In this document: positions 8,420 through 17,603 of the stretch, piece by piece
How positions within the stretch are numbered: position 1 is the first letter of the stretch
Layout of the letters: each line of letters opens with the position of its first letter
Source of the DNA: Betaproteobacteria bacterium
Lineage (GTDB): Bacteria > Pseudomonadota > Gammaproteobacteria > Burkholderiales > Ga0077523
Assembly (NCBI GenBank): GCA_043744975.1
Contig: JAYTTO010000186.1
Location: 1-33,444 of the forward strand
Length of the DNA: 33,444 bases
Direction: 5' to 3'
Notes under the pieces: generated by a model
The model's input: only the letters and a program-made list of their open reading frames with translations
Databases searched by the model: none
What the model was told of the DNA's origin: nothing
Translations under genes and position numbers: made by a program

Positions 8420-9244
8420 TTACTTGAACCACGACAGGACCTTGCCGAGCCAGGTCTCCGCCGCCGGAAAGTCGCGAGTCACTTTCACCAGAATGACGGA
8501 CACGTTGTCGCGCCCGCCGTTGTCGTTCGCCATCTGCACGAGTTGGTTCGCGGCCAGCGGCAGGTTCGCGCCCATGGCGTTCAGGGTGAGTTCGATGTCC
8601 TCATCCTCGACCATGTCGTTCAACCCGTCCGAGCAGAGCAGGTAGAGGTCGCCCGGCCTGGCGTCGTAGGTATGGATCTCCGCCTCCACTTCGGCCTCGA
8701 TGCCGAGCGCGCGGGTGACCAGGTTCTTGTTCTGCGACCGCCGCGCCGCCTCGCGGGTGATCATGCCGGCATCGATCTGCTCCTGCAGCAGGCTGTGGTC
8801 GCGTGTGATCTGCTCGAGGCGCTCGTCGCGCAGACGGTAAAGGCGCGAATCGCCGATGTGCGCCACCGACAGGCGGTTGTCGCGGAACAGGGTGACCACC
8901 AGCGTCGTGCCCATGCCGGCGTACTGCGGTTGGCTGTTCGCGGACTGATAGATCGACGTGTTGGCCTTGGCGGTGATGCCCTTCAGCAGGCGGATCGCCT
9001 GCAGGTCACCCTCGGCCTGTTCGAGCCCGTGCAGGTTGGTGCGGGCGATCGCCTGGCGCATCTCCGAGGTGATGAGCGCGACGGCGATGCCGCTGGCGAC
9101 CTCGCCCGCGTTGTAGCCGCCCATCCCGTCGGCGAGGACGGCGAGGCCGATCTCGCCGTCGGTAGCGCACGCGTCCTCGTTGTGGGAGCGGACCATGCCG
9201 GTGTGGGTGGCGGTCGAGATTTCCAGGGCCTTGACCAGGTTCAT
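8420..9244 (-). CDS. PP2C/PPM-family Ser/Thr phosphatase (Stp1-like)
   Basis: GMVRSHNED, LADGMGG, MGTT, HIGDSRLY, LCSDGL, GGRDNVS. Confidence 0.95.
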   Translation of the reverse strand: MNLVKALEISTATHTGMVRSHNEDACATDGEIGLAVLADGMGGYNAGEVASGIAVALITSEMRQAIARTNLHGLEQAEGDLQAIRLLKGITAKANTSIYQSANSQPQYAGMGTTLVVTLFRDNRLSVAHIGDSRLYRLRDERLEQITRDHSLLQEQIDAGMITREAARRSQNKNLVTRALGIEAEVEAEIHTYDARPGDLYLLCSDGLNDMVEDEDIELTLNAMGANLPLAANQLVQMANDNGGRDNVSVILVKVTRDFPAAETWLGKVLSWFK

Positions 9245-9247
9245 GGG

Positions 9248-11788
9248 TTACAGGCTGACGTCAATGGTTGAGGACAATTGTGCCGCGCATTCGCGGATCG
9301 CCGCCGCCATTTCCTCGCCGCTACGGAAACGGTCGTCGACGTTCTTCGCCAGCGCACGGGCGATGATGCCGACCAGGCAAGGCGGCAGATCCGGGTTGAC
9401 GCTGAGGATATCGATCGGCGGTTCGTTGGCGATCTTGTACATGAGCTGGGTCATGGTCTCGCCCTGGAACGGCAGGCTGCCGCAGGCCAGCTGATAGAGC
9501 GTGACGCCGAGCGAGAACAGGTCGGACGGGCCGTCGATCTTGCGCCCGGCGAGTTGCTCCGGCGACATGAACGACGGTGTACCCAGAACCATGCCCGTCT
9601 TGGTCTTGGACGAGTCGGTGATGCGGGCGATGCCGAAGTCGGTGACCTTGACCGAGTCGCTGTCCGGGTCGTACATGATGTTCGCCGGCTTGATGTCGCG
9701 ATGCACGACGTTCTGCGCGTGCGCGTACGAAAGCGCGTCGGCCACGCGCGCGGCGATGCTCATGGTCCGGGCGAGCGGCAGCAGCTTGTCGGCCTTGACG
9801 TAGGGCACCAGGTCCTTGCCCTTGAGGAACTCCATCGCGATGTAGGCAAGGTCGTGTTCCTCGCCGGCATCGAAGATCGTCACGATGTTGGGATGATTCA
9901 GGCGCCCGGCCGTCTCCGCCTCGCGGAAGAAGCGCTGCTTGACTTCCTCGAGTTCGTCGGCCTCAAACTCCTGCGACAGCGCCATGGTCTTGATCGCCAC
10001 CACCCGGCCGATCTTCGGATCCTTGCCCAGGTAGACCACGCCCATGGCGCCCTTGCCGAGTTCCTTCTCGACCTGATAGCGCCCCAGCATCGGCTTCTCG
10101 ACCGTCCCGCCCTCGAGGATCATGGTCGACGCGTTGGCCCGGCCGCCGCCGCCGAGGATGACCGTTTCCGACATCTGCTTGGCGCGCGACAGCTTCTGCC
10201 CGAGGTCGCGGAACTTCGGATTGTGGCCGCCCATGTATTCGTACACGGACTGCGCCTTGTTGAACTGGCGCTTGCGTTCGAAATCGAGCGCCAGGTTGTA
10301 GAGGTTGTCCATCAACCCGTCGTTGAGCGGGCACTTGCGGAACTTGTCGAAGGCCATGTCGAGCTGGCCCTGACCCTGAAACGCGAGGCCGAGCATGCGG
10401 TTCGATTCCGCCGACTCGAGATCGGACTGGAGTTTGCCGCGTTCGGTGACCAGGAAGCGCTTGGTGGTCAGCGCCAGATGCCCGATGACCAGCAGGACCA
10501 CGGGCGCCATCAGCGGGATCCAGAGCAACTGCGTGGTCATCAACGCGAAGTGGGCGCCGATCAGCGCAATCGCGAGGGCGATGGTGATGATGGCCGCGGG
10601 GCCCGCCTTCAGCCGCGGCAGCAGCGCGGCGAGATAAGCCGCGATGAGGAGCAGCGCGGCGAACGACACGTACGGCGCCCAGATCGGCTGCACGAAGAAA
10701 TCTTCCTGCAGGATGCTCGAGACGGAGTGCGCGAGGATCAGCACCGGCGACATCGCAGCCGCGATCGGGGTCACAGTGGTGGTGCCGAGGCCCGCGGCGG
10801 TCGGCCCGATCAGGACGATCTTGTCGCGATACTTGTCGGCCGGGATCTTGCCGCTCAGGACGTCGTAGAACGAATCCACCTGGAACGCGGGCTTCGCTTC
10901 GCGATCACGGTAGAAATAGGTAAGCATCTGCAGGCTCGAATCGGTCCGGATCGACAGCTTGCCGAGCTTCACGCCCTCGCCGAACTTGACGGTCACGTCC
11001 TTGGTCTGGAGGTTCAGGCTGCGCGCCGCGATCATCAGCGACAACGACGGAAACATCATGTCGTAGTAGCGGACCACGAGCGGCTCGGACCGGACGCCGC
11101 CGTCGATGTCGATACCGGTGTTGAGGTGTCCGATACCGCTCGCCACGTCGCCGAGGGCCGGGATCGGCATCACGGGATTCAGCACCGAGGTCGGCAGCTC
11201 CGCGCCGGCCGTCGTCGCGGCGAGCGGGAGGACGCTGTTCTTCACATAGGGCGGCAGTTCCCCGTCCGGATTGCCGATCGGTTCGCGGTCGAACTGCTGG
11301 AACACCATCGCCAGCACCACGTTCTTGGCTGCGCCGATGCTGGCGGCGAGCTTGCGGTCGGTATTGAGGCTCTGCTCGGCTTCGCCGAGGGTGACCTCCA
11401 TTTCCGGAAGCTCCTGCTGGGCCGCCGGCGGTGCGGCCTGGAACTGCCCGATCAGCTTGGTGATGTAGATGAGGCCGGGATCGACCTGTGGCTCGGCGAA
11501 GAACACCGTGCTGGCGACGATCCGGGCCTTGGCCTGCGTCAGCAGGTCGATCATCTTGGCGTGGACATCGCGCGGCCAGGGCCAGCGGCCGATGTTGCCG
11601 ATGCTCTGGTCGTCGATGGCGATCACCGCGACACGGTCGCTGGGCGTCTCGCTCGTGGCGCGGACGCCCATGTCGTACGCGACGCGCTCGATGCCCTGGA
11701 TGGCCGACCCGTGCGACGCGATCAACACCGCAAGAGCGATCACGACTGCGACGAACCAGTCCGCCTTCCAGAATCCGAGTTTGCCCAT
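9248..11788 (-). CDS. CHASE2-domain Hanks-type Ser/Thr protein kinase
   Basis: CHASE2 (IDDQSI...WPWPR), 3 TM helices, TPR-like helices, GKGAMGVVY, VAIK, HRDIKPAN, DFG, GTPSFMSPE. Confidence 0.95.
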   Translation of the reverse strand: MGKLGFWKADWFVAVVIALAVLIASHGSAIQGIERVAYDMGVRATSETPSDRVAVIAIDDQSIGNIGRWPWPRDVHAKMIDLLTQAKARIVASTVFFAEPQVDPGLIYITKLIGQFQAAPPAAQQELPEMEVTLGEAEQSLNTDRKLAASIGAAKNVVLAMVFQQFDREPIGNPDGELPPYVKNSVLPLAATTAGAELPTSVLNPVMPIPALGDVASGIGHLNTGIDIDGGVRSEPLVVRYYDMMFPSLSLMIAARSLNLQTKDVTVKFGEGVKLGKLSIRTDSSLQMLTYFYRDREAKPAFQVDSFYDVLSGKIPADKYRDKIVLIGPTAAGLGTTTVTPIAAAMSPVLILAHSVSSILQEDFFVQPIWAPYVSFAALLLIAAYLAALLPRLKAGPAAIITIALAIALIGAHFALMTTQLLWIPLMAPVVLLVIGHLALTTKRFLVTERGKLQSDLESAESNRMLGLAFQGQGQLDMAFDKFRKCPLNDGLMDNLYNLALDFERKRQFNKAQSVYEYMGGHNPKFRDLGQKLSRAKQMSETVILGGGGRANASTMILEGGTVEKPMLGRYQVEKELGKGAMGVVYLGKDPKIGRVVAIKTMALSQEFEADELEEVKQRFFREAETAGRLNHPNIVTIFDAGEEHDLAYIAMEFLKGKDLVPYVKADKLLPLARTMSIAARVADALSYAHAQNVVHRDIKPANIMYDPDSDSVKVTDFGIARITDSSKTKTGMVLGTPSFMSPEQLAGRKIDGPSDLFSLGVTLYQLACGSLPFQGETMTQLMYKIANEPPIDILSVNPDLPPCLVGIIARALAKNVDDRFRSGEEMAAAIRECAAQLSSTIDVSL

Positions 11789-11899
11789 TCCCGTGCCTGT
11801 TTATCCGCCCTCGGTACCCGCTGCTCGCGAGCTGATCATTTGTGCCCTGCGACAACCACCGCAGGATTTTTTTGTTCTGACGTAGATAGTTACCCCCGT

Positions 11900-11929
11900 A
11901 TATTAGACATGGTACGACATTAGAGTCAA
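11900..11929 (-). promoter_or_regulatory. candidate sigma70 promoter for the kinase-led cluster
   Basis: TTGACT followed by TCTAAT (16-nt spacer) or TAATAT (18-nt spacer) in an AT-rich intergenic region. Confidence 0.45.
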
Positions 11930-11999
11930 AAGTCCATGATTTTTTACGCTTTTGGCATTCCCAGACCCGGTTGCCGAGATTGAAACGTCACCGCGGACC

Positions 12000-12287
12000 T
12001 CACATACCTTCCACGAGCACCACGTTAGATACGGCTGTCCGCAGTCTTAACGCCTTGGCCTCAGCGTAGTCGTCGCCGTGGTACCAGGTGCGCGCCGCTT
12101 CCATGCTCGGGAATTCCAGCATCACGACCCGCTTGGGCGTCCAGACGCCTTCCAGGACCTCGAATGCCCCACCTCGAACGATGAAGCGGCCGCCGGCCGC
12201 GGCGACGATCGGCGCGACCAGCTCCCGGTAGGTCTGGTAGCCGACAGGGTCGGTGACATCGATGTCGACGATCAGATAGGCGGACAT
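12000..12287 (-). CDS. DUF1330 family protein
   Basis: MSAYLIVDIDVTDP...YRELV...GGRFIVRGG...EG...LEFPS...WY, 95 aa; start reassigned to ATG 12287. Confidence 0.88.
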   Translation of the reverse strand: MSAYLIVDIDVTDPVGYQTYRELVAPIVAAAGGRFIVRGGAFEVLEGVWTPKRVVMLEFPSMEAARTWYHGDDYAEAKALRLRTAVSNVVLVEGM

Positions 12288-12404
12288 GGCGCGTTCCGGA
12301 ACGAGGTGACGCCCGGATACTAGCAACCAGCCGCGACTTCGCCAAACCGGCCCCGGCCGGGCGTGATCCGGCGACACGTTCGGGCGGGGACTGCGCCCGG
12401 CCAC

Positions 12405-13607
12405 CTACCCTGCGAAGGCGATCTCCGCGCGGGCCACCAGACCGACCAGGACGCCTTCGAGGGTATCGTGCACCTGCTCCCAGCTCACCTTCTCGGCTGC
12501 CGCTCGGGCCGCAGTGCCGAAGCGGCGCATCCGCAACGGCGTATCCACCAGGTCGGCGGCAAGGCCGACGAAGGCCTCACTGTCCCCCATGTTCGCGAGC
12601 AGCCCGGTCGCCCCGCTGCGGATGTGCTCCCGGCCGGCAGCGTAGTCGTAGGCGACCACCGCGAGACCGCTTGCCATCGCCTCCAGGGTCACGTTGCCGA
12701 ACGTCTCGGTCTGGCTGGCGAACAGGAACACATCGGCCGACGCATAGTGCGCGGCCAGGTCCGCGCCCGTGCGCATGCCGGCGAACACATGTTCCGGATA
12801 CCGGCGGACCAGTGCAGCCCGTTCCGGTCCGTCGCCGACCAGCACCAGGCGCGCCGCGGGGTTCCGGTGGCGCATCGCGGCAAACGCCTCCAGCACCACC
12901 GGCAGGTTCTTCTCCGGCGCCAGACGGCCGACGTAGATCGCTACCGGCTGGTCGCCCACGGCGCCCCAGCTCCGCCGCAGGGCGTCGCTGCGCCGGGCCG
13001 GCGAGAACAGCGCGGTATCGACGCCCCGCGCGACCACCCGGACGTTGCGATAGCCGTTGGCCAGCATGGCCTGCTGCAGTTCTCGCGTCGGGACCATCGT
13101 GACCTGCCCCTTGTTGTGGAACTTCCGCAGGTAGGCCGCGATGGGCTTCTTCAGCCAGCCCACACCGTAGTGGCTGCTGTAGCTGTGGAAGTTGGTGTGG
13201 AACTCCGACGCCGCGGGAATACGCAGGCGATGGGCAGCGGACAAGGCCGACCAGCCCAGCGGACCCTCGGTCACGACCTGGATCACGTCGGGGCGGCGAC
13301 CCTGCCAGAGACGGATCAGCCCCTGGCGCGCGGGCAGGCCCACTCGCAGACTGTCGTAGCGTGGAATCGGCACCCCGGGCTTCAGCACTTCCTCGAGGTT
13401 CCCTTGCACCAGGGCGGCATCCGCCGCGCTCTGACGGGGACGGATCAACTGGACCTGATGGTTCCGCGCCTGTAGCGCAGCGACCATCCGACCCAGGGTC
13501 ATGGCGACGCCGTTGACTTCGGGCGGATAGGTCTCGGTGACCACGGCAATCCGCAGGCTGGGGCGTTGCGCCGGCAGTTGCTGCAACAGGAAAGGGTCCT
13601 CATGCAC
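12405..13607 (-). CDS. GT4-family (GT-B) glycosyltransferase
   Basis: RIAVVTETYPPEVNGVA, VGRLAPEKN, ETFGNVTLEAMASG (EX7E). Start uncertain; GTG 13607 chosen because the ORF-track ATG lies inside the repeat. Confidence 0.88.
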   Translation of the reverse strand: MHEDPFLLQQLPAQRPSLRIAVVTETYPPEVNGVAMTLGRMVAALQARNHQVQLIRPRQSAADAALVQGNLEEVLKPGVPIPRYDSLRVGLPARQGLIRLWQGRRPDVIQVVTEGPLGWSALSAAHRLRIPAASEFHTNFHSYSSHYGVGWLKKPIAAYLRKFHNKGQVTMVPTRELQQAMLANGYRNVRVVARGVDTALFSPARRSDALRRSWGAVGDQPVAIYVGRLAPEKNLPVVLEAFAAMRHRNPAARLVLVGDGPERAALVRRYPEHVFAGMRTGADLAAHYASADVFLFASQTETFGNVTLEAMASGLAVVAYDYAAGREHIRSGATGLLANMGDSEAFVGLAADLVDTPLRMRRFGTAARAAAEKVSWEQVHDTLEGVLVGLVARAEIAFAG

Positions 13608-13700
13608 GGCGCGGACTGTCTCGCCCGCGCGCGAAAACCGCGTGACGATCGTGTGATCCTTTCGTGTCACCGCACGCCCGGCCGCTGCGAACCGCGCCGG

Positions 13701-13821
13701 CCCCATTGGGGGGTGCCGACCGCAGGAAGGCTGGGGGGATCGTCATGCGCAGCGCCGGGCCGCCCCAAGCAAGCAGCCCCCCATTGGGGGGTGCCGACCG
13801 CAGGAAGGCTGGGGGGATCGT
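13701..13821 (+). repeat. REP-like repeat, two tandem units
   Basis: ccccattggggggtgccgaccgcaggaaggctggggggatcgt is identical at 13701 and 13779 (78-bp period). Confidence 0.92.
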
Positions 13822-13832
13822 ACTCCTTACGA

Positions 13833-14222
13833 CTATCCGAAAATGACCAGCCCCCAGACGATGGCGACGTTGGCGAGCGCCAGGAGCACGGCCGCGCTGC
13901 CGATGTCCTTGGCGCGTTTGGCGAGACGATGGTTTTCGAGCGAGATGCGATCGACCGTAGCCTCGACCGCCGAGTTGAGGAGTTCGACCACGAGGACGAG
14001 GACGACGCTGCCGATCAGCAGCGCCTTGCCGATACCCGACACCTGAATGAAGCAGGCGGCCGGAATCAGGAGCGCCGCCAGCAGGACTTCCTGCCGGAAC
14101 GCATCCTCGTGCCGATACGCTGCACGCAGGCCGTCGATGGAATAGAACAACGCATTCCAGATGCGCCGGACGCCGGTCTTGCCCTTGTGCGGGCTTTCAG
14201 GCGGGAACATGTCCATGAGCAT
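13833..14222 (-). CDS. dgkA: diacylglycerol kinase
   Basis: YSIDGLRAAYRHEDAFRQE, ELLNSAVEATVDRI, AKRAKDIGSAAV. Alternative starts at 14216 and 14210. Confidence 0.95.
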   Translation of the reverse strand: MLMDMFPPESPHKGKTGVRRIWNALFYSIDGLRAAYRHEDAFRQEVLLAALLIPAACFIQVSGIGKALLIGSVVLVLVVELLNSAVEATVDRISLENHRLAKRAKDIGSAAVLLALANVAIVWGLVIFG

Positions 14223-14306
14223 TCAGGCCGGTCGGGCTGCGCGGCAAGCTGCCCACGCCAAGCCGCGCACCGTAGCGGCCGATTGCTACGGCTTCATGTC
14301 AGCGTT

Positions 14307-14370
14307 CGCCGGGCCGCCCCAAGGGCGCTGGCCCCCTGGGGGGAAGCGACCGAAGGAAGCTTCGGGGGGG
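14307..14370 (+). repeat. REP-like repeat, divergent subtype
   Basis: cgccgggccgccccaag-ggcgctgg-ccccctgggggg-aagcgaccgaaggaagctt-cggggggg has the same architecture as the other copies. Confidence 0.8.
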
Positions 14371-14373
14371 ACG

Positions 14374-14874
14374 TCACTCCAGCGCAGCCAGCGCTGCGGC
14401 GTAGTCGGGTTCGTCCGCGATCTCCGGAACGAGTTGGGAATGGGTCACCTTGTTGTCCTTGTCGAGCACCACCACGGCGCGCGCGGTCAGTCCCCGCAGC
14501 GGTCCACCGGTGATGTCGACGCCATACCGCTGGTGAAACCCGTGATCGCGGAAGGTCGAGAGGGTGACCACCTGATCGAGACCTTCGGCGCCGCAGAAGC
14601 GCGACATCGCGAACGGCAGATCGGCGGCGACCACCAGCACGACAGCATCCGCCATGGCAGATGCCTTCTCGTTGAAGACGCGGGTCGACTTCTGGCAGGT
14701 CGGCGTGTCAAGGCTCGGAACGATGTTGAGGATCTTGCGCTTGCCTGCGTAGGTCGCCAGCGAAACGTCGCCAAGGTCCTTCCCGACCAGACTGAAATCG
14801 GGCGCGGTGCTGCCAAGCGCGGGCAGGACGCCGGCGACGGGAACGGGACTGCCCTTGAGGGTAACAGTGGTCAT
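14374..14874 (-). CDS. tpx: thiol peroxidase (atypical 2-Cys peroxiredoxin)
   Basis: [31 protein letters not shown]; AGGAGA RBS before ATG 14874. Confidence 0.95.
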   Translation of the reverse strand: MTTVTLKGSPVPVAGVLPALGSTAPDFSLVGKDLGDVSLATYAGKRKILNIVPSLDTPTCQKSTRVFNEKASAMADAVVLVVAADLPFAMSRFCGAEGLDQVVTLSTFRDHGFHQRYGVDITGGPLRGLTARAVVVLDKDNKVTHSQLVPEIADEPDYAAALAALE

Positions 14875-15012
14875 GCAGTGTCTCCTGGAGTGGTTGAAGC
14901 GAGGACGGGTACGAGGCTGTATCTGTACCACGCGGCGGCATTTGCACGAGCGATGGCAGGCCTGCCGGCCGAGTATGCCCGAGCCCAGGAAGACCCGACA
15001 ACCGGACGCGGG

Positions 15013-15387
15013 TCAGGCTCCCTGACGGGCGTAGACAGCGGCGCTCAGCAGCCCGGCGAGGCCATCCGCACGATCTGGCCGGAGCCGGAATATCCAGGTA
15101 CCCCAGGGATCCGCATTGAGCCGTTCCGGGTGCGCGGCCAATTCCGGATTGATAGCGACGACCTGGCCCGCCACCGGCGCATGAAGGTCGACAGCGGCCT
15201 TTACCGATTCGAGGACGCCGCACGCCTCGCCAGCGGCGACACGACGGCCGACAGCAGGTGCCTCGACGAACACGAGATCCCCCATCAGTTCCTGCCCCTG
15301 GTCGGTGATGCCGATGTTCACCAGGCCCGCGGCGTCGGCATGCGCCCATTCATGGTTCTCGGTGTAGCCGCGGTCAGGCGGGATCAT
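15013..15387 (-). CDS. gcvH: glycine cleavage system H protein (lipoyl carrier)
   Basis: YTENHEW, IGITD, GDLVFVE, ESVKAA (lipoyl Lys), PVAG, NADPWGTWIF. Confidence 0.9.
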   Translation of the reverse strand: MIPPDRGYTENHEWAHADAAGLVNIGITDQGQELMGDLVFVEAPAVGRRVAAGEACGVLESVKAAVDLHAPVAGQVVAINPELAAHPERLNADPWGTWIFRLRPDRADGLAGLLSAAVYARQGA

Positions 15388-15397
15388 GGCGCGTCCG

Positions 15398-16699
15398 TCA
15401 CGGATGAAACAGGTAGAGCCGGTAGCCGGTGGCGACGATGTCGGCGGTATCGAGTCGCAGCCTGACGCCGAGTTCCGCATTGGCCGCGACGCCGGGGCCG
15501 GCCGATGGGACCGACAGATACTCACCGGGACCGAAGATCTTGCGGGCGACCACCTCCTCGCGAGCGTCGGTCAGCGTGAGTTCGAGCAACGGCATGGCCT
15601 GCTCCACTGGCGCGCGGTTGCGGATCGTGGCGGTGAACGTCACCCGGTTCGGGTGCAACGGATCAAGCGCCTGGAGTTCCGATGCCTCGATGAAGAGGCG
15701 ATCGGTCAGGCGTGGCAGTGGGACCATGCACCGCAGCCAGCGGCAGGCCTGCTCGAGCGGCGTACGGAAGGCAGGTGCAGCCTCGGCGAGGGCGGCGCGC
15801 ATCAGGTAGGTCCCCTGCAGGACCAGGACCACGGATAGCAGGACGATGCCCGCGACCAGCGATGCCGGCATCCGGCCGGGCCGCGGCAGTGCAAACCGGG
15901 GGCTCGCCGGCCCCGCCCCGACAGCCGGAGCGATCGCTGCCTCGGGAACGGTCGCTTCGGCCGGGTCGGCCTCTGCGCGCGCAGGGGGTTCGGTGGCATC
16001 CTCGGGCGGGACCTGGGTCGACCGCGCCGGGGTCGGCGGCCCCTCGATATCGGACCGTGCTTCCAGAGGTTCGGGCGCCTGAACGCCGGTGGGCTGGTCC
16101 GCGGTACCATCGTCGACCACGATCTCGCGCAGTTCCTCCACCGGGAACATCGCGTCCGCGATGTCGGGGTCGTGCCAAGCGGAGGCCGTTTCGCAGTGTG
16201 CCGACAGCGGCAACGAGCCCGGCGCGTCAGCGTCAGCGTCAATGACAGGTTCCGGGCCCGACGGCGCTTCGGCCGAGATCGCTGGCTCCGCCTCCTCGTC
16301 ATCGACCGGCCGGACGATCACCACGGGCGGTTGCGGCGCCATCGTGGCCGCCGGCTCCACAGGCTCCATCGCGGCGATCGGCCCCTCAGGCGGAAAATCG
16401 ACCACCGCGGCGTCGCTCTCCGCCGGGGCAACCTCATCGTCGCCGACGCCGTCGGCGGTTTGTGCCGACGCTTCGCCTTCATGGACGTCGACCGCCGGCG
16501 CCTCCACGGCATCGACCCCATCGCCGCCTTCCGATGGCACCAGAGCAGGAAGCCGCGGATCGCGTGCACTCAGCGTCGCGAAGGCGTCGAACACTTGGTG
16601 GCATACGCCGCACCGGACCTGCCCACCCGCGAGCTGTAGCTGCGCCAGCGTGACCTGGAAGATGATCTCGCAATGCGCGCAGCGGGTGAACATGCTCAT
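15398..16699 (-). CDS. zinc-ribbon + DUF3426 membrane protein
   Basis: MFTRCAHC...GQVRCGVC zinc ribbon, long acidic Pro/Ala linker, one TM helix, C-terminal CRWLRCMVPL...IRNRA...LELTLTD; usual position after prmA. Confidence 0.85.
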   Translation of the reverse strand: MSMFTRCAHCEIIFQVTLAQLQLAGGQVRCGVCHQVFDAFATLSARDPRLPALVPSEGGDGVDAVEAPAVDVHEGEASAQTADGVGDDEVAPAESDAAVVDFPPEGPIAAMEPVEPAATMAPQPPVVIVRPVDDEEAEPAISAEAPSGPEPVIDADADAPGSLPLSAHCETASAWHDPDIADAMFPVEELREIVVDDGTADQPTGVQAPEPLEARSDIEGPPTPARSTQVPPEDATEPPARAEADPAEATVPEAAIAPAVGAGPASPRFALPRPGRMPASLVAGIVLLSVVLVLQGTYLMRAALAEAAPAFRTPLEQACRWLRCMVPLPRLTDRLFIEASELQALDPLHPNRVTFTATIRNRAPVEQAMPLLELTLTDAREEVVARKIFGPGEYLSVPSAGPGVAANAELGVRLRLDTADIVATGYRLYLFHP

Positions 16700-16709
16700 C
16701 GCCGCACTC

Positions 16710-17603
16710 TCACCGCCGGATGCCCCAGAGGCACACCCAGCCTTCGTCCTCGATGACGGGCTCGATCTCGAGCCACGGTTCGTAGGCAGCGGCAACATCC
16801 TGCCATTGTGTGGCAAGGATGCCCGAGAGGACCACCGCGCCGCCCGGTCGGCACCGGCCGCAGATCAATGGCGCCAGCACGCGCAGCGGGTTGGCGAGGA
16901 TGTTCGCGACCACGACATCGGCCGGCGCGAGGGTGGCCGCATCGTCCCCGGCGTCGAGGAACAGGGCCTCGACGCCGTTGCGTTCGGCATTCGCGCGGCT
17001 TGCCGCAACGGCCTGCGGATCGATGTCGACACCGACGACACGGCCGGCACCGAACAGCCGCGCGGCAATCGCGAGCACGCCGGAGCCGCAGCCATAGTCG
17101 ATCACCGTGGCGCCACGGGTGAGGTGGCGGTCGAGCCAGCGCAGGCACAGCCGCGTGGTGGCATGGCTGCCGGTGCCGAAGGCCAGACCGGGATCGAGAC
17201 GAATGGCGATTGCATTCGCGTCCGGCGGCTCGCACCAGGTCGGGACGATCCAGAGCCGCGGGGAAATGGGAATGGGTGCGAACTGGCCCTGCGTGTGCCG
17301 CACCCAGTCGCGCTCCGGCACGGTCTCGATATCGACCGCCGCCACCGGCCGGCCGGTGGATTCGCGGATACCGGCGACAACCGGCCCCAGATCGGCGTCG
17401 CCGGCGAACAGGCCCGCGACCAAATTGTCGTCCCAGGCCGAGTGCGGGTCGCTGCCGGGTTCTCCGAACAGGGGGCGCTCGGCTGCGGTGCCGGCATCGG
17501 CATCGGCCAGGTCGACTGCGAGAGCACCGGCCTCCAGCAACGCATCGGCGATCGCCTCGGCATCGACCGCCGCCACCCGGAGCCGCAGCCGCTGCCAGTC
17601 CAC
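16710..17603 (-). CDS. prmA: ribosomal protein L11 methyltransferase
   Basis: LDPGLAFGTGSHATTRLCL, DYGCGSGVLA, VVANILANPL; GTG start overlapping the accC stop. Confidence 0.95.
   Translation of the reverse strand: MDWQRLRLRVAAVDAEAIADALLEAGALAVDLADADAGTAAERPLFGEPGSDPHSAWDDNLVAGLFAGDADLGPVVAGIRESTGRPVAAVDIETVPERDWVRHTQGQFAPIPISPRLWIVPTWCEPPDANAIAIRLDPGLAFGTGSHATTRLCLRWLDRHLTRGATVIDYGCGSGVLAIAARLFGAGRVVGVDIDPQAVAASRANAERNGVEALFLDAGDDAATLAPADVVVANILANPLRVLAPLICGRCRPGGAVVLSGILATQWQDVAAAYEPWLEIEPVIEDEGWVCLWGIRR

Noticed and set aside
7615-11788. Kinase-phosphatase-FHA trio as a type VI secretion regulatory module (PpkA/PppA/Fha)
   Set aside because: No T6SS structural genes in the window, and the kinase has an N-terminal CHASE2 sensor rather than the PpkA layout.
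9278-11923. Long antisense or alternate-frame ORFs (e.g. 9278..11923+, 1826..3655+, 17210..19429+, 30695..32806-)
   Set aside because: Shadow ORFs of real genes, expected from high-GC codon bias; no family motifs.
13701-13821. Tandem repeat as a CRISPR array
   Set aside because: Only two units, the intervening sequence is itself conserved at other loci, copies are dispersed, and there are no cas genes.
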